Shown here: piece by piece, positions 44,676 to 59,342 of the stretch
Position numbering within the stretch: the stretch's first letter is position 1
Layout of the letters: each line of letters opens with the position of its first letter
From: Octopus vulgaris
Taxonomy: Eukaryota
Assembly: GCA_951406725.2 (NCBI GenBank)
Contig: OX597831.1
Location: 78,802,001 to 78,866,000, forward strand
Length of the DNA: 64,000 nt
Reading direction: 5' to 3'
Notes under the pieces: generated by a model
Seen by the model: only the letters and a program-made list of their open reading frames with translations
What the model was told of the DNA's origin: nothing
Databases searched by the model: none
Position numbers and translations under genes: made by a program

Positions 44676-46523
44676 ATATGTTCACACGCACACAAGGATT
44701 TATACAAGATGGAATGAGCCATCTTTAATCAGGAATCAGAACGGGTTCTTTGCACTGGTAACAGCTGTTAGTAACTGACTTTTCCATATCATACAGTTAT
44801 ATAAATATTATATAAATAAATAAGTGAATTGATATACTTCAGACGCATCCTGTGTACCGGAACGCTATATATAATGGGCGGCCGAAATGTGCTTGGCTTT
44901 AAGGGGATCGCAAAAAGCCTAGCTGGTTGTCCAACCTTCCGAGTTATTTCACAGCATTTAGAAAAGCTAAAGGACGGTTGCAATACGTGAATCTGGGGGA
45001 AATATGCTGAATAAGATGATAATTAACCGATCCTCTTGTATTTTCTTTTACCCAAAGCCAAGAACTTTCCACCACCTCCTTGACTTATGGTCATTTGAGT
45101 TCAACTTGGTCTCATATAGTCTCTGTTAAGTTAAAAGATTTCTGGTGCAGGTGGAGCTCTGTTGAATAATAATTATGGTGTAGGGTCGGTTGTGATGGAG
45201 ATATGGTATGGAAAATGTTTATTGATTAAATTTAGGGGTTGCTTTATTGTTCACAGTTTATTCATATAGAATTTTGGAATCAGGTGTATCTATTTAGGTG
45301 CGTCAGATTCAGGTCATAGGTTGTGAGTTAGTGGTTCTCAAAAGAGTGCAGGAAAGTGAAAGAGGTTATTTGGTTAGAATATATATCCCCAGGTTTAGCT
45401 GTTGTTGGTTTTCTTCTGATATTAATGGGATTTTTAACCCTCTATATGGGAATGTGAAGGTCAAGTGTGAATCTATTTTGCATTCTTTCTTTCTGGCATA
45501 CATGTTCTCTCTTCTTTCTCAGCCTCCCTCTCCCTCTCTCTTTCTCTAGCCATCTATGCATTTATCTGCCCATGAACATATGTATGTACACCTGTATGTA
45601 TGAGGGGGTGTATGTACATTTGTTTGTGTGCGTGTGCATGTATTGAGTACTACAAGTGCAACGTGTGGAAAATCTCGGATTTTGAGCAACTTATTTAGAT
45701 TGGCAGATGTTTGAGTGTGTTTGGCTGCGTGTGTGTATGTGTGTATGTGTGTGTGTATGTGTATGTGTGTGTGAATATTTAGATGTGTATATTGAAAGTT
45801 ATATCTCTCCTGTTTGAAACACCAAACGCCTGCGTTGGCACCACGCAAATTTGTGTGTGTGTCTGTCTGTCTATCTGTGTGTCTGTGACTCTGTGTGTGT
45901 TCCTCTGTCTCCGTGTGTGCGCATGCGTATGTGTGTTCTTGTAGCTGTGATCTTGCAATTAAAAACGTTAATCGTTATACTTAGACATATCACTAGCATG
46001 TGTGTGTGTGTGTGTGTGTGTGTGAGTGTTTGTGTGTATGTATGTGTGTGTGTGTGTTCCTATACATATACACAGATGATGGTCGCATCACTTTACCTCA
46101 GATTAAACCTTCTAGTCCTTTGAGATTATATCCTAATCTTCAAAAGATAAAGGTAAACGTGTTGAGGAGTTATCTATTTCCCCATCTTAAATCATAAATA
46201 CTGTGGCACCAAAAAACTAAATCTTAATCCTTATTTCTTTTTATCCTTCTCATTTGTCGTGCTCCCTTTTTTCTCCTTTTTTTCCCTTCTTTTTTTGTTC
46301 GCCACTTTCTTTTATTGTTAATTTGTCTATTTTTAATCCACGCAATATATTTTTTTGAATTATAAATATTTTTTTTCACCAATTATTATTCCACGGTAAA
46401 ATGCAAACAGTCTGAAGAAAGTAAAATTATGCTCTTTGATATGATAAATATAGCTTATATAGGTATATATGTGTACGCTCTCTCTCTCTGTTTTTCACAC
46501 TCGCATACCACACACACGCTCGC

Positions 46524-46578
<55 letters not shown>

Positions 46579-46745
46579 CATATATGTGCGGAGTGTAAAC
46601 ACAGCGTGGCTGGCTTCCCAACCAGATGTTTCCTGGTTCAGTCCCACTGAATTGCACCCTGGGCAAGTGCTTTGTAATGTAGCCTCGATCTAACCAAATA
46701 TTTAAGTGGAATTCCTCGACGGAAACTGGATGAAGCTCGTCGTAT

Positions 46746-46783
<38 letters not shown>

Positions 46784-46784
<1 letters not shown>

Positions 46785-47022
46785 ATGGAAATAAGCAGCA
46801 AGGATATCCAAGGTAGTGTAGTACAATGCTACCTCATTTTAATAAACACTGATGTAATACTTACAGTGTTTAATAAAATGAACTAACATGAAACGATTGT
46901 ACTACACTACCTTGGATATCCTTGTTGAATATTTTGATTATAATGACCACATATTATTTATATGGATAATACCATACCAAATTCTGGTGCCTTTAACTTA
47001 AGTACCATATTCATCTGAATCT
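46784..47022 (+). mobile_element. Fold-back element with 5'-truncated hammerhead
   Basis: Arms at 46790-46827 and 46896-46933; retains the stem II hairpin and GAAA-CGATTG-TA-CTAC but lacks CTGANGA; tail shared with 13792-13868. Confidence 0.7.
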
Positions 47023-47041
47023 CTCTGTATATATATATAGT

Positions 47042-47352
47042 ATTAATAGCATAGGAAATGGAATGTGTAATAGACTTTAATACAGTTAATCGTAAATATG
47101 CCTGTGTTTTACTCATCATTTATTTATACATTTTGTACAATTTCTCCATTTTATATACATGTCGCCATGATAGCTCGCTAGCCACTGCACATTCTTTACT
47201 TTATCTCCTTGTTTCTTTCTGTGTTCTTTTCTTTGGAAGAGCGTAGGCTCGAAACGTTAAAGACTTTTTCACTTCCCGAGCGTTATACTAATACATCTGT
47301 TTGTTGTCTACAACACCTATCTTCGTCATTTGGCTGTTTGTGAATTCTCCCC
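47042..47352 (+). mobile_element. Penelope-like terminal-repeat fragment with decayed hammerhead (47225-47263)
   Basis: tcttt..[ctttgga]-aGAGC(gtag)GCTC-GAAACGTT-aaaga; same architecture as 54471-54505 but the 5' core is mutated; (TA)n flanks. Confidence 0.55.
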
Positions 47353-47599
47353 TATATATATATATATATATATATATGTAATGTAGGATAAAAAATTTTT
47401 TCGGGAAAAAAATTTTATCAATGGCCAGCATATCAAAAAATACCTTTAAAGGTTAAATTTATAAATAACTTAAAAAATAAGGGCAAAAGAAAAATTCTAG
47501 TGCCAAATATGCCGAAAAAATAAGACAATAATTGTCAATAAACCATTATAATTTATGCGTCTCGAAACAAACCGATAGAAATCTCTAAAAAATTCGTCA

Positions 47600-47660
47600 T
47601 TACCGTATTGGTCCAATTTCGGGGTTAATTCGTAAGAAATTTTCCCCTCTTCAGCGGCAA
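47600..47660 (-). ncRNA. Type I hammerhead ribozyme
   Basis: Minus strand reads TTGCCG-CTGAAGA-GGGG(aaaatttcttacgaattaa)CCCC-GAAA-TTGGaCCAA-TA-CGGTAA; AUA triplet. Confidence 0.82.
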
Positions 47661-47925
47661 ATACGCGAGATATAAGTGAAACACTTTCTCATACCCATGG
47701 AAAAAGCATGTACTAAGTCCCGAGCAGAATTAAGTACCCCAAATATATCCAAAATAGAAAAAGCTTCGGCACATCTCGAGCCACGTGTGATTCAAACTAG
47801 AATCACACGTGCCTCGAGATGTGCCGAAGATTTTGGATATATTTGGGGTACTTAATTCTGCTCGGGACTTAGTGCTTGCTTTTTTCCATGGGTATGAGTA
47901 AGTGTTTCACTTATATCTCGCGTAT

Positions 47926-47983
47926 TTGCCGCTGAAGAGGAAAATTTCTTACGAATTAACCCGAAATTGGACCAATACGGTAA
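47926..47983 (+). ncRNA. Type I hammerhead ribozyme (shortened stem II)
   Basis: TTGCCG-CTGAAGA-GG...CCC-GAAA-TTGGaCCAA-TA-CGGTAA. Confidence 0.72.
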
Positions 47984-48108
47984 TGACGAATTTTTTAGAG
48001 ATTTCTATCGGTTTGTTTCGAGACGCATAAATTATAATGGTTTATTGACAATTATCGTTTTTTTCTCGGCATATTTGGCACTAGAATTTTTCTTTTGCCT
48101 TATTTTGT

Positions 48109-48151
<43 letters not shown>

Positions 48152-48155
<4 letters not shown>

Positions 48156-48580
48156 GTTAAAGTAGACAACAAACGTTAGGGCAAGACAAACATCTCAAGT
48201 TATATATTTTATTATTAGTGGAAAAATTCAAAGTCTTACAGTTGTTGCTGGGATATCACAGAGTATGGGGTATTCCATCATCGGAGATAAATACGGAAAA
48301 TGAGAAGGGTATAGATTAATGAAATGACGACACGGAGGACAGAAGAAAAGGAATGAGGAGATGAAGAAAGAGAAAGAAGAGAAGAAAAAGAGAACCATAA
48401 AAATTCACAGTTAAACCTTCCGATTGTGTAGATGTTAGTCCATTAGTCCTTAGGTGCGATCCTCTGTAAATCCATGTCGGTTAAAGTCTTAATAGTGCAA
48501 ATATCCAGAAATAAAGGCGAACGATCCGACGTTCTGTAAGAGAATGCTAGCGGAAATGGCTATTAAGGGGTGTAAACATA
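48152..48580 (-). mobile_element. Penelope-like fragment with decayed hammerhead (48234-48287)
   Basis: Minus strand reads TCT-CCGATGA-tggaata...tatccca-GCAA-caactg-TA-AGA. Confidence 0.55.
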
Positions 48581-48743
48581 AATATGTATGGATGTATGTA
48601 TGTATGTATGTATGTATGTATGTATGTATGTATGTATGTATGTATGTATATATATGTATGTATGTATACATATGTATGTATGTATGTATATATTTATGTA
48701 TGTATGTATGTAAATTTGTAAATTTGGATTTATTCCCTAATAT

Positions 48744-48823
<80 letters not shown>

Positions 48824-49431
48824 GTATATATATGTATGTATGTATAATGAAAATAAAACGAATGGTTTACACCTGGTAGCTTACAGTCGTGATTAATAAA
48901 TTCTCGCATCATCCGTCTTTCATTCGGCATATACGTATATATATATATATATATACGTATATATATATATGTATGTATGTATATATATATATATGTATGT
49001 ATGTATATATATATATAAATATGTATGTTTATATATATATATGTATGTATGTGTGTGTATGTATGTATTTCTTGTTCTATATATAACAAGAAATACAGGT
49101 AACACTTGGACGTAATGCAAGTCCTGTGATTAATTGCAAGTATTTATTCACCTCTGAAAACTCCCGATTTTTAAGTATATAATAATACTTTCTAATGCTT
49201 TGGAATAAATAGACACACTGGAATGTCTACCAGCTGATGTAGGTCGTTCCTATCCTCTCCATGTTCTTATTTGCCGTATAAATTAAGGGCAAACCACTTT
49301 TTGCCCTCTGCCCATATATGTCAGGCAATAACCAGCACTTGGTTATGAATATTTGGGTAAACTACCAGCAGGGTATTGGACAGGCACTATCCCTTAGTTG
49401 GTTGGTTTCCCAACCTCTAACTCTCACAGAA

Positions 49432-49498
<67 letters not shown>

Positions 49499-49533
49499 TA
49501 TTAAGGGAAAGTTTACAAAAATAAATATATGTG

Positions 49534-49573
<40 letters not shown>

Positions 49574-49585
49574 TATATATATGTA

Positions 49586-49620
<35 letters not shown>

Positions 49621-50243
49621 CAGCGTGATCACCGTGACCGACCAGGCCATCAGATGTTGCTACACATCGCTGATCACAATGCACTTCGCATTGTTTTTAG
49701 CCTTTCAAATGACGCCACCCCGCTGGCTAAGCGAGCAGGCCAGCAGAAGAAAGAGTGAGAGAAAGTTGTGGCGAAAGAGTACAGCAGGGATCGCCACCAC
49801 CCCCTGCCGGGCCTCGTGGAGCTTTTGTGTTTTCGCTCAATAAACACTCACAACGCCCAGTCTGGGAATCGAAACCGCGAGTCCGCTGCCCTAACCACTG
49901 GGCCACATATAAGTATTTATATATATATATATATATATAATATTAATTCGAGACAAAACCACTAATTATATAATATTTTACTATAAAATTGGATTTAATC
50001 CTAAATCTGATTTTTTCCCCTGTAAATTTGGATTTATTCCCTAATATTTACTATTATATATATATATATTTAAGAATTTTTTGCGTAATACGATAAAAAA
50101 TATTAGAGCATTTATAGATAATGCCCTAATATCTATACAGCCTTGGCTTTTTTTTATCGTATATACATACGCTGATATAGAACCAACGTTGAAACCTTTA
50201 TTCGCAATATTACCGAATCTGGAACTTGTCTATGGGTATATAA

Positions 50244-50351
50244 GGACGAGCAGCTGGAAGAAAACCTCTCCTTCGACCAATAAATATCACGAAAAGAAAG
50301 AAATGGGCTAAGGAGATGTCAGAAAAATCCAGCTCATTTTGGGATAGAGTG
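50244..50351 (+). pseudogene. Tc1-like transposase fragment
   Basis: GRAAGRKPLLRPINITKRKKWAKEMSEKSSSFWDRV resembles Tc1 GR.A.KKPLL....K.R..WAK......W..V; interrupted by a SINE. Confidence 0.7.
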
Positions 50352-51123
50352 GCAAAGTCGACCTCGGCGGAATTCGAACTCGGAACGTAGCGACGGGCGA
50401 AGTACCGCTATGCATTTCGTCCAGCGTGCTAACAATTCTGCCAGCTCACCGCCTTTGCATCTTCTATTATAATTATTTCTAATTTAAGCACAAAGCCTTG
50501 AAAAGTTTGGCGGAAGAAGGGTAACTGGTACTTAATTCATCGATCCTGAAAGGATAAAAGGCAAAGTCGACTTTGGCGGAATTTGAACTCAGAACGTAGC
50601 TGCTGACAAAATACTGCGAAGCATTTCTCCCGGCATGCTAACAGTTCGGCCAGCTCGCCGCCTTTCTATTTTCAATACTAATAGCACCGCAACATAATCT
50701 CGCCTTAGCATTTTAAAAAATTTTCTTGACCAAATCAGTGTAATTTAGCCCAGCTCCGACTTGCTGTACATTGCTATACATTGCATATGCATATAATAAG
50801 TAAGTTGTGCGTGTAATTTTAATGTTGAATTGTCCGTGTAAGCACTCTGTTCCGGAGACCTGGTCGGCTTGCATATTTTTTATGTAAGTCTCGAGGCTAT
50901 TTAATACATATACTCTCTTTACCCTCTGTTACCTGTTTCAGTCATTTGACTGTGGCCATGCTGGAGCACCGCCTTTAGTCGAGCAAATAGACCCCGGGAC
51001 TTATTCTTTGTAAGCCTAGTACTTATTCTATCGGGCTTGTTTTGCCGAACCGCTCGGTTACGTGGACATAAACACACCAGCATCGTTTGTCAAGCGATGT
51101 TTGGGGGACTAAACACAGACACA

Positions 51124-51213
<90 letters not shown>

Positions 51214-51420
51214 TACGACAATATCAATCGAACGGAGAAATCCAATCAATTATGAAGGTTAAATCATTCGGTTGAATCGTTTCTTTTTTGTGGGTGGTTT
51301 TTATGTTTTCCGTCCCAAATATTTTGCAGGTTGAATTGAACAGGAAAAAATACCAGCTTAACGTCATCAACATTAAAACATCGCTCTACATTCGTTCTTG
51401 TAGTAGCAATAGTAGTACTG

Positions 51421-51471
<51 letters not shown>

Positions 51472-51617
51472 TAGTAGTAGTAGTAGTAGTGGTGGTGATG
51501 GTGGTGGTGGTGTGGTGGTGGTGGTGGTGGTGGTGGTGATGGTAATAGTAGTAGTACTATTAGCGGTGGTGGTAGTGGTGGCGGTGGAGGTGGTGACTGT
51601 AGAAGTAGTGGTAATGT

Positions 51618-51658
<41 letters not shown>

Positions 51659-51728
51659 ATGGTGGTTATTGTTGTTTGGTGGTGGTAATAGTAGTAGTAC
51701 TAGTAGCGGTGTTGGTGATGACTGTAGA

Positions 51729-51812
<84 letters not shown>

Positions 51813-52832
51813 TGTTGTTGTTGTTGTTGTTGTCAGCGTTGTTTGTTACAGTCGCTGCCAACCTCGTCATTCATGTTATTAAGATGTCGGATTTGTTTTC
51901 GGAGAGTTTCTACGGAACCGTTTCCCCCACTCCCAACCCACACCGCACCCGCCCTGCCTCATTTCGCATTAATTATTGTAATTATTACCATGTTCCTGAT
52001 TAATTCTGCCTTCCCCTCTCTCTCCCACTCCCACCCTCCTTTCTCAGGACCACCGACAAAAACAGAAAAATATGTCAAAACCTACACGATACGCATGCGC
52101 AGGTGTTGCCATTGGTAACAAACAGATCTTTAGATGTTGTTAGTGTTTTAATCTGCGCTAATTTCGGTTTCGTGTAATAGAGAAATTATTCCGGAGAGGA
52201 CGTGCCCAGCACTGCTTCCTTTCTTCCTCGTATCTCTTACTGCTTCTCTTACAGAGTTGCTTGTAAACAGGAGAAAATCTTCCGCAAAAGGCTAATAAGC
52301 TAATGGCTAAAAACCGAAGACAACAGCAAAAAAACATGGGACGGAGGTAGTTTTGTTTGTTCCAAGTGTTTCTGGCGATGGACATCCGAACATTTGGAAG
52401 ACTGTTGCTTGCAAAATAAACCGTCGAAGATGAAAAACAATTTAATTCAGGATTATGTAGGTAATAATACGCATTTTCACTCGGAGTATTTACTTGTGGG
52501 GTTCATTTTAATCAAAAACACAGCAATAACAGCAGCAACGGTAGCAGCAGCGGTAGCAGCAGCGGCAGCAGCAGCAGCAGCAGCAGAGACGATTTTAAAC
52601 ACGAAAAACAACGATCACGACGACAATGATGACGGATGATAAAGAAGGTGGTAATGGTGGAGGAAATGGGAGGGATGATGACGACGACGACGATGAGGAA
52701 GATGACGATGATGATGGTGATGATGATGATGATAAAATTGTTATTATTATTATTATTATTGAGTGAGAGAGCAGTTCATTCCATCCCAATATACCCATCA
52801 TGACTACCCGTCTGATAAGGGTACACCAGGCA

Positions 52833-52928
<96 letters not shown>

Positions 52929-53062
52929 GAGTAGTAGTAAAGCTAGAAAAATTCCGCTAAGCATTTTGTTCGCATTACTAACAACGACTTTGCCAGTTCA
53001 CCGCCTTAATAATAATAACGATGATAATAATAATGGTAATAATAACGATGATGATGATGAGG

Positions 53063-53098
<36 letters not shown>

Positions 53099-53101
<3 letters not shown>

Positions 53102-53594
53102 CAGCGCCAGGCAGTGGCTCTCATGGCATCTGATCTTAACTGATTGGAAGTGTTATCATGTACATTGTTTTGTCTTGGTATAAAAGATGGGCTACAGCAA
53201 ATATTCTGCTCAATTCCACAGATGTGCTTGTCAGTTGTTTGACCTTAACCAGTTGAGCATGTCCCTTAGTGGCTGACGATATATGCATCTCTGATCACGA
53301 GCAGAAGTAGTGGGGGAGCCATGGGTTTAGATGAATTCTTTGGGATTTGAATAAATCACCTCTCGAAACGTTGAGGTTTCGTTCAAAATCCTTAAACGAC
53401 TCTTTATTCAGGGACCTTTTGAGCAGGAGGGGCTACTCGACCAGAAGAAAATTCTGACTGGGCCCCACTTGCAACATGATGTGCTGTTTAGCTTGATATA
53501 ACGTCACCATGTGACGCACATATGGTTGTGATGCCCCTGCTTGGTGTACCCTCATCAGCCGGCGAGTCATGGTGGGTAGAGTTGGCTTCGTATA
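53099..53594 (+). mobile_element. (AAT)n-tailed retro-repeat, 3' truncated
   Basis: Homology to 25697-26200; a minus-strand 3' fragment at 52761-52835 is flanked by (TTA)n on both sides. Confidence 0.8.
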
Positions 53595-53607
53595 TATACA
53601 TACATTC

Positions 53608-53673
<66 letters not shown>

Positions 53674-53806
53674 ATATATATTTATCTTTTACTAGCTCCA
53701 GTTATCAGGTTGTGGCCATGCTGGGGCACAGACTTGGGGAATTTAGGTCAAATAAATCGAACCCAGTACATTTTTAAACTACACCTATAATTTATATATG
53801 TAGACA

Positions 53807-53847
<41 letters not shown>

Positions 53848-53887
53848 ACACATACACACACACACGCACACACACACACACACACAG

Positions 53888-53925
<38 letters not shown>

Positions 53926-54284
53926 GACTGGCTTCTTTCTGTTTCCAAAGCTGTGTTCGACTCGAAGCTATGTGATAAGACATTTGCCAATGAGGCGACG
54001 CAGTGGGATTGAACACGGAATCGTACTGTTGAGAAGCAAAGAACATACATCACAGCCACTCCTTTGCACCACCACCCCGCCATACGTATATATGTGTGAG
54101 TGTGTGTGTCTATATATATGACGAATATTAAATAACATATATATATACATGTATATATGGGTACAGGACTTCACCAACGGTGCAAAAAGAATGAAGTACG
54201 TAAACAAACGAGGGAGAACGAGTAGAATGCGTAAACAGAGAAAAAAAAATGGAAAACAGGCCAAATTAACGCAGCGAAAGGACC

Positions 54285-54369
<85 letters not shown>

Positions 54370-54371
<2 letters not shown>

Positions 54372-54578
54372 GTTAATCCAAACAAGAAATCACAAAAAAA
54401 ACACAACAACGCGAGGACGTGGAACAAATATAGTATTATTGGACGCTCAGGAAAGAAGGAAAGAAGGAGGGTTTAACGTTTCGAGCGGAGCTCTTCGTCG
54501 GAAACATAGGAGAAGGAAAGATCCAGAGAAGGGAAGACAGAGGGAAAAAAAATTGCCAACGGTACACACGAGGTCACA
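54370..54578 (-). mobile_element. Short Penelope-like terminal-repeat fragment with ultra-minimal hammerhead (54471-54505)
   Basis: Minus strand reads GTTT-CCGACGA-aGAGC(tcc)GCTC-GAAAC-GT-T-AAAC; stem III is only the ACGT palindrome; between (TA)n runs. Confidence 0.65.
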
Positions 54579-54702
54579 TATATATATATGAAAGGTGATG
54601 TGTTCATGTCTTTGATTATTGGTCGTCTCACTCAGGTTTAGTATGGGGCTAAGTAATAGAAACCGCAACGACGAGGGTGACTCCAAATATACCACCACTA
54701 CC

Positions 54703-54733
<31 letters not shown>

Positions 54734-55410
54734 TCAACAGCAATAACAGCAGCAACAGCAAGTACCAACATATCATTCTTTCGCTGACATAAGCGATTAG
54801 TAAAGAGAATTGTATTAAAAAAATTATGCGCTGAAAGAATAAAATACGATACAGAAATTACTTAAAAAGAGGCGGAATGGATTTTTAATTTGCATATCGA
54901 TGAAGATGGAAGAAAAAAGATGATGGAACAGTGATATAAGGGAGTATGGGGATTGAGGGGGCGATGTGAGGATTAAATGGGAGTCGATTGTAGAGTGTGC
55001 GTCAGAGTGATGTTAAGTCTAGAGTTAAAATCCAATGGCTGGTAAACAATTAGGGTAGTTAAAGAGAGGCGTGGTAGCGTGTAATGGAGGAAAATTAGAT
55101 GGGAAAAAATGGCGGGTGGAAGATGAACCGGAAACGGAAGTCTCGATATATAATAGAAACAACGTTAAGGTAATTTAGAAGAAAAACCAACTCTCTTAGA
55201 TTCCTCCTTTTACTCGTTTTTCTTCTTTCATTGCTCGTTTCTCTTTCTTTTTGTCTTGCCTTCTTACGCTCTCTCTCTCTCTCTCTCTTTCTTGCTCTCT
55301 CTCTCTCTCTCACTCATTCGCACTCTCTTTCTTTCTCTCTCTCACCGTATAGTTGAGTGTGTGCGCGCATTTGCGTTTCGGTGTGTTTGTGTGTGTGTGA
55401 TTGTGCGTGA

Positions 55411-55448
<38 letters not shown>

Positions 55449-55516
55449 CCATGTAAACAGATATTGTGTGTGCATGTGTGTGTATGCTTGTATGTGTATC
55501 CATATATATATGTGTA

Positions 55517-55562
<46 letters not shown>

Positions 55563-55827
55563 CACACATACGTATATACATAGATACATACGCAAACATA
55601 TAAATACAAACAAACACACACATATACGCAGGCACTCAGATACATGTGTGCGCATGTATACATATGTGTATATAGCATGTAATAAATACACATATACAAA
55701 CAAAAATGGATAAATGACTGAATATACTGTAGGGGGTTAAGTAGATCTATTAGTCCCCTACTGTTTTATCGTTTATCTATTCTAAATATGTGCATGTCTA
55801 TGTATCATATATATACGCGTATATATG

Positions 55828-55935
<108 letters not shown>

Positions 55936-56065
55936 TGCATAAACATATATATGTATAAATATATATATATATATGTATATGTGTGTGTATATATATAAAT
56001 ATACAGAGTGAGAGAGAAAGAGAGTGTTAGATAGATAGATAGATATAAGTGTATGTGTACGTATG

Positions 56066-56108
<43 letters not shown>

Positions 56109-56965
56109 TTTACTCTTTTACTTGTTTCAGTCATTTGACTGCGGCCATGCTGCAGCACCGCCTTTAATCGAGCAACTCAACCCCGGGACTTATTCATTTG
56201 TAAGTCTATCGGTCTCTTTTGCCGAACTGCTAAGTAACGGGGACTTAAACACACCAGCATCAGTTGTCAAGCAATGCTAGGGGTACAAACACAGACACTT
56301 ACACACACACACACGCATATATATATATACATATATACGACGGGCTTCATTCAGTTTCCGTCTACCAAATCCACTCACAAGGATTTGGTCGGCCCGAGGC
56401 TATAGTAGAAGACACTTTCCCGAGGTGTCACGGAAACTGAATGAAGCACGTCGTATATATACATATATATATAGTCATGTGAGGATGTGTAGTATTATAG
56501 TTAGGACTTGATACTCATGACAGTAAGCTCACGCGATCGATTCTTCGACTGGGTAGTTTTATGTCCTTCACGTTGCTCCTGACTTCCTTTCAGTTGAAAG
56601 ACGGACAGAATGCCGCTACGTCCTTTGCCCGAGGTGCTAACGATTCTGCCAGTTGCTGATGTTGTTGTTGTTGTTATTGTCCTTGCTACAGATTTCATTG
56701 AAGCTTGTTTTGAATAATGCCACTGATGGATGTTGAGAGTCGACGTTCAGTAAATGGAGAAAAAATATCTTCATGTGTTCAGCGTTGTCAGCGCTGATAG
56801 GGAGAGATATCACGTGTCAGGTTATAAAATGGCTCTTTGTATCTTCGAAATAGTTTACACATTTCTCAAGTTTGGTGCCTGCGGTCATTTAGAAAATTTG
56901 GTACTGTGAGAAACATACAGAGAGAGAGAGAATATGTTCGTCTGCGCACGCACATACATACACAA

Positions 56966-57014
<49 letters not shown>

Positions 57015-57041
57015 TATATTTACATATATATATATACATAC

Positions 57042-57111
<70 letters not shown>

Positions 57112-57159
57112 ATATTTATTTATTTATATATATGCATACATATATATAAATACATACAT

Positions 57160-57213
<54 letters not shown>

Positions 57214-57269
57214 TTATTTATATATATGCATACATATATATAAATACATACATAAATATATAAATACAG

Positions 57270-57423
57270 ATAAAGGGTGAAATATAATTAATTTGATAAA
57301 ATCAACAAATTTCACCAAGTAGTTTTTCGGTATGGAAAAGGACCACATTCGGTAAAATTATATATAATTATAACAATGAGGGTCTTTGCAACAGATTGCT
57401 AGACCACATACCGAAAGTATTAG

Positions 57424-57430
<7 letters not shown>
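57270..57430 (-). mobile_element. Isolated 3' end of the 38.3-kb element superfamily (another at ~31122-31235)
   Basis: agggtgaaa..taattaattt..atttcaccaagt..tatggaaaaggacca matches 38320-38378; in TA-rich microsatellite. Confidence 0.65.
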
Positions 57431-57474
<44 letters not shown>

Positions 57475-57535
57475 GGTGCCCCAGCATGGCCACAGCTCAT
57501 GAGCTGAAACTGGAAAAATCAAAATCAAAATCAAA

Positions 57536-57569
<34 letters not shown>

Positions 57570-57811
57570 CAATAATCCCTCGATTATCGCGGGTGTTACG
57601 TTCATATATATACGTTAAACTCCGTGATAGGTGAAAATCCAGAAGTAGAAATAATACTGTATATTTTTTTTATTATTAGATTTTTAATTTGCATTTATTT
57701 ATTTTATCATAAATGCAACACAACACCACGGAGGAATTGACGTAAGCTTAAATAATGAACCGCGATATGTGAGACGCGATATGTAAACCGTGATATGGCA
57801 AGGGATTACAA
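57570..57811. mobile_element. Tigger/pogo-like MITE
   Basis: TA|caataatccctcgattatcgcg ... gtgatatggcaagggattacaa|TA degenerate TIRs; subterminal cgcgatatg repeats. Confidence 0.6.
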
Positions 57812-57829
57812 TATATGTATGCATATATA

Positions 57830-58100
57830 ACTTTACTCTTTACTCTTCTATTTGGTCTTCTGTTTTATTCTTTATATACTGTGAATTTTAATTCTTGTAT
57901 ACTGTAAAGTTTCCCCTCTCTAGAATATTCATGCTTTGCCTCTGATGTCAGAGTAACCAGTGCTTGGACGTAATAACCTACAAATCTGCTCATTTCAGAA
58001 ACGTCTGTAAGACATTAATTTCACCTTACCCTTATTAAATTATTCTAAATGAACTGAAATGCTGGTTTTACCTTAGTTATGATTTTGTTATATTGTTTGG
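57830..58100 (+). mobile_element. Penelope-like fragment with decayed hammerhead (57939-58012)
   Basis: CTGATGT...GAAA-cgtctg-TA-AGAC; the 3' half resembles 48234-48287. Confidence 0.4.
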
Positions 58101-58109
58101 TTATGACAA

Positions 58110-58505
<396 letters not shown>

Positions 58506-58832
58506 TTCTTTCTCATGAGAAGCAATACAAAGATTTGTTTAAACAATTTGAAATCTTAAATCTTTAAACTGCATGAGATCACAAATTACGTAATTCTGGA
58601 AAATGGTTCCGTTATTTCGGTTAAATCTGGCGGTCAGCCAGTGTGAGGGTAATAAGACATTTTGAAATGATTAACTATATATATCATATACATGTGTGTG
58701 CGTGTGCGTGTGTGTGTGTGTGTATACACACATGTGTCTGTATGTGTGTGTTTTTGTCGGTGTGTCTTCTGTATGTATGAATGTATGTCTGTTTGCATAA
58801 ATATATACATGCATATATATATATATATATAA

Positions 58833-58915
<83 letters not shown>

Positions 58916-59288
58916 CATGTATGTATGTTTGTATGTAAGCGCAAGTGAATAAGCTTTATAGATATACTTCTGTGTATGTGTGTGTTTATCGAGATAAAGA
59001 TTAGAAGTGGTAAACTTCTGTTATTCACTGAGATTGAAATCTTCTTGGAATATTGAGAAACTCCGTCGAAAATCTCAAACTGTGATGCGATTGGTTGATT
59101 GATCTCTTGTCTTTGCACTACATCACTACTGATTGTATAAATCTACGTAAAAATTGTGCGAACATTTACGCATATATTTGTATGTATATATATGCATAAT
59201 ATATATACATGTGTGTGTGTATGTGCGTGTGCGTGTATATATATATATGTATATAATTATATATATAGATAAATAGATATATATGTAC

Positions 59289-59342
<54 letters not shown>

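Larger units (their letters stand above)
47378..48114. mobile_element. Long fold-back Penelope-like non-autonomous element
   Basis: ~320-bp inverted arms at 47466-47793 and 47800-48114 with a 6-nt loop (aaacta); ~90-bp unpaired tail on the left only; (TA)n flanks; one hammerhead per arm. Confidence 0.85.

Noticed and set aside
52303-52639. Possible coding exon or ORF in the unique island
   Set aside because: The ATG at 52303 closes after 15 codons, and the downstream ORF runs into (GCA)n with no recognisable homology
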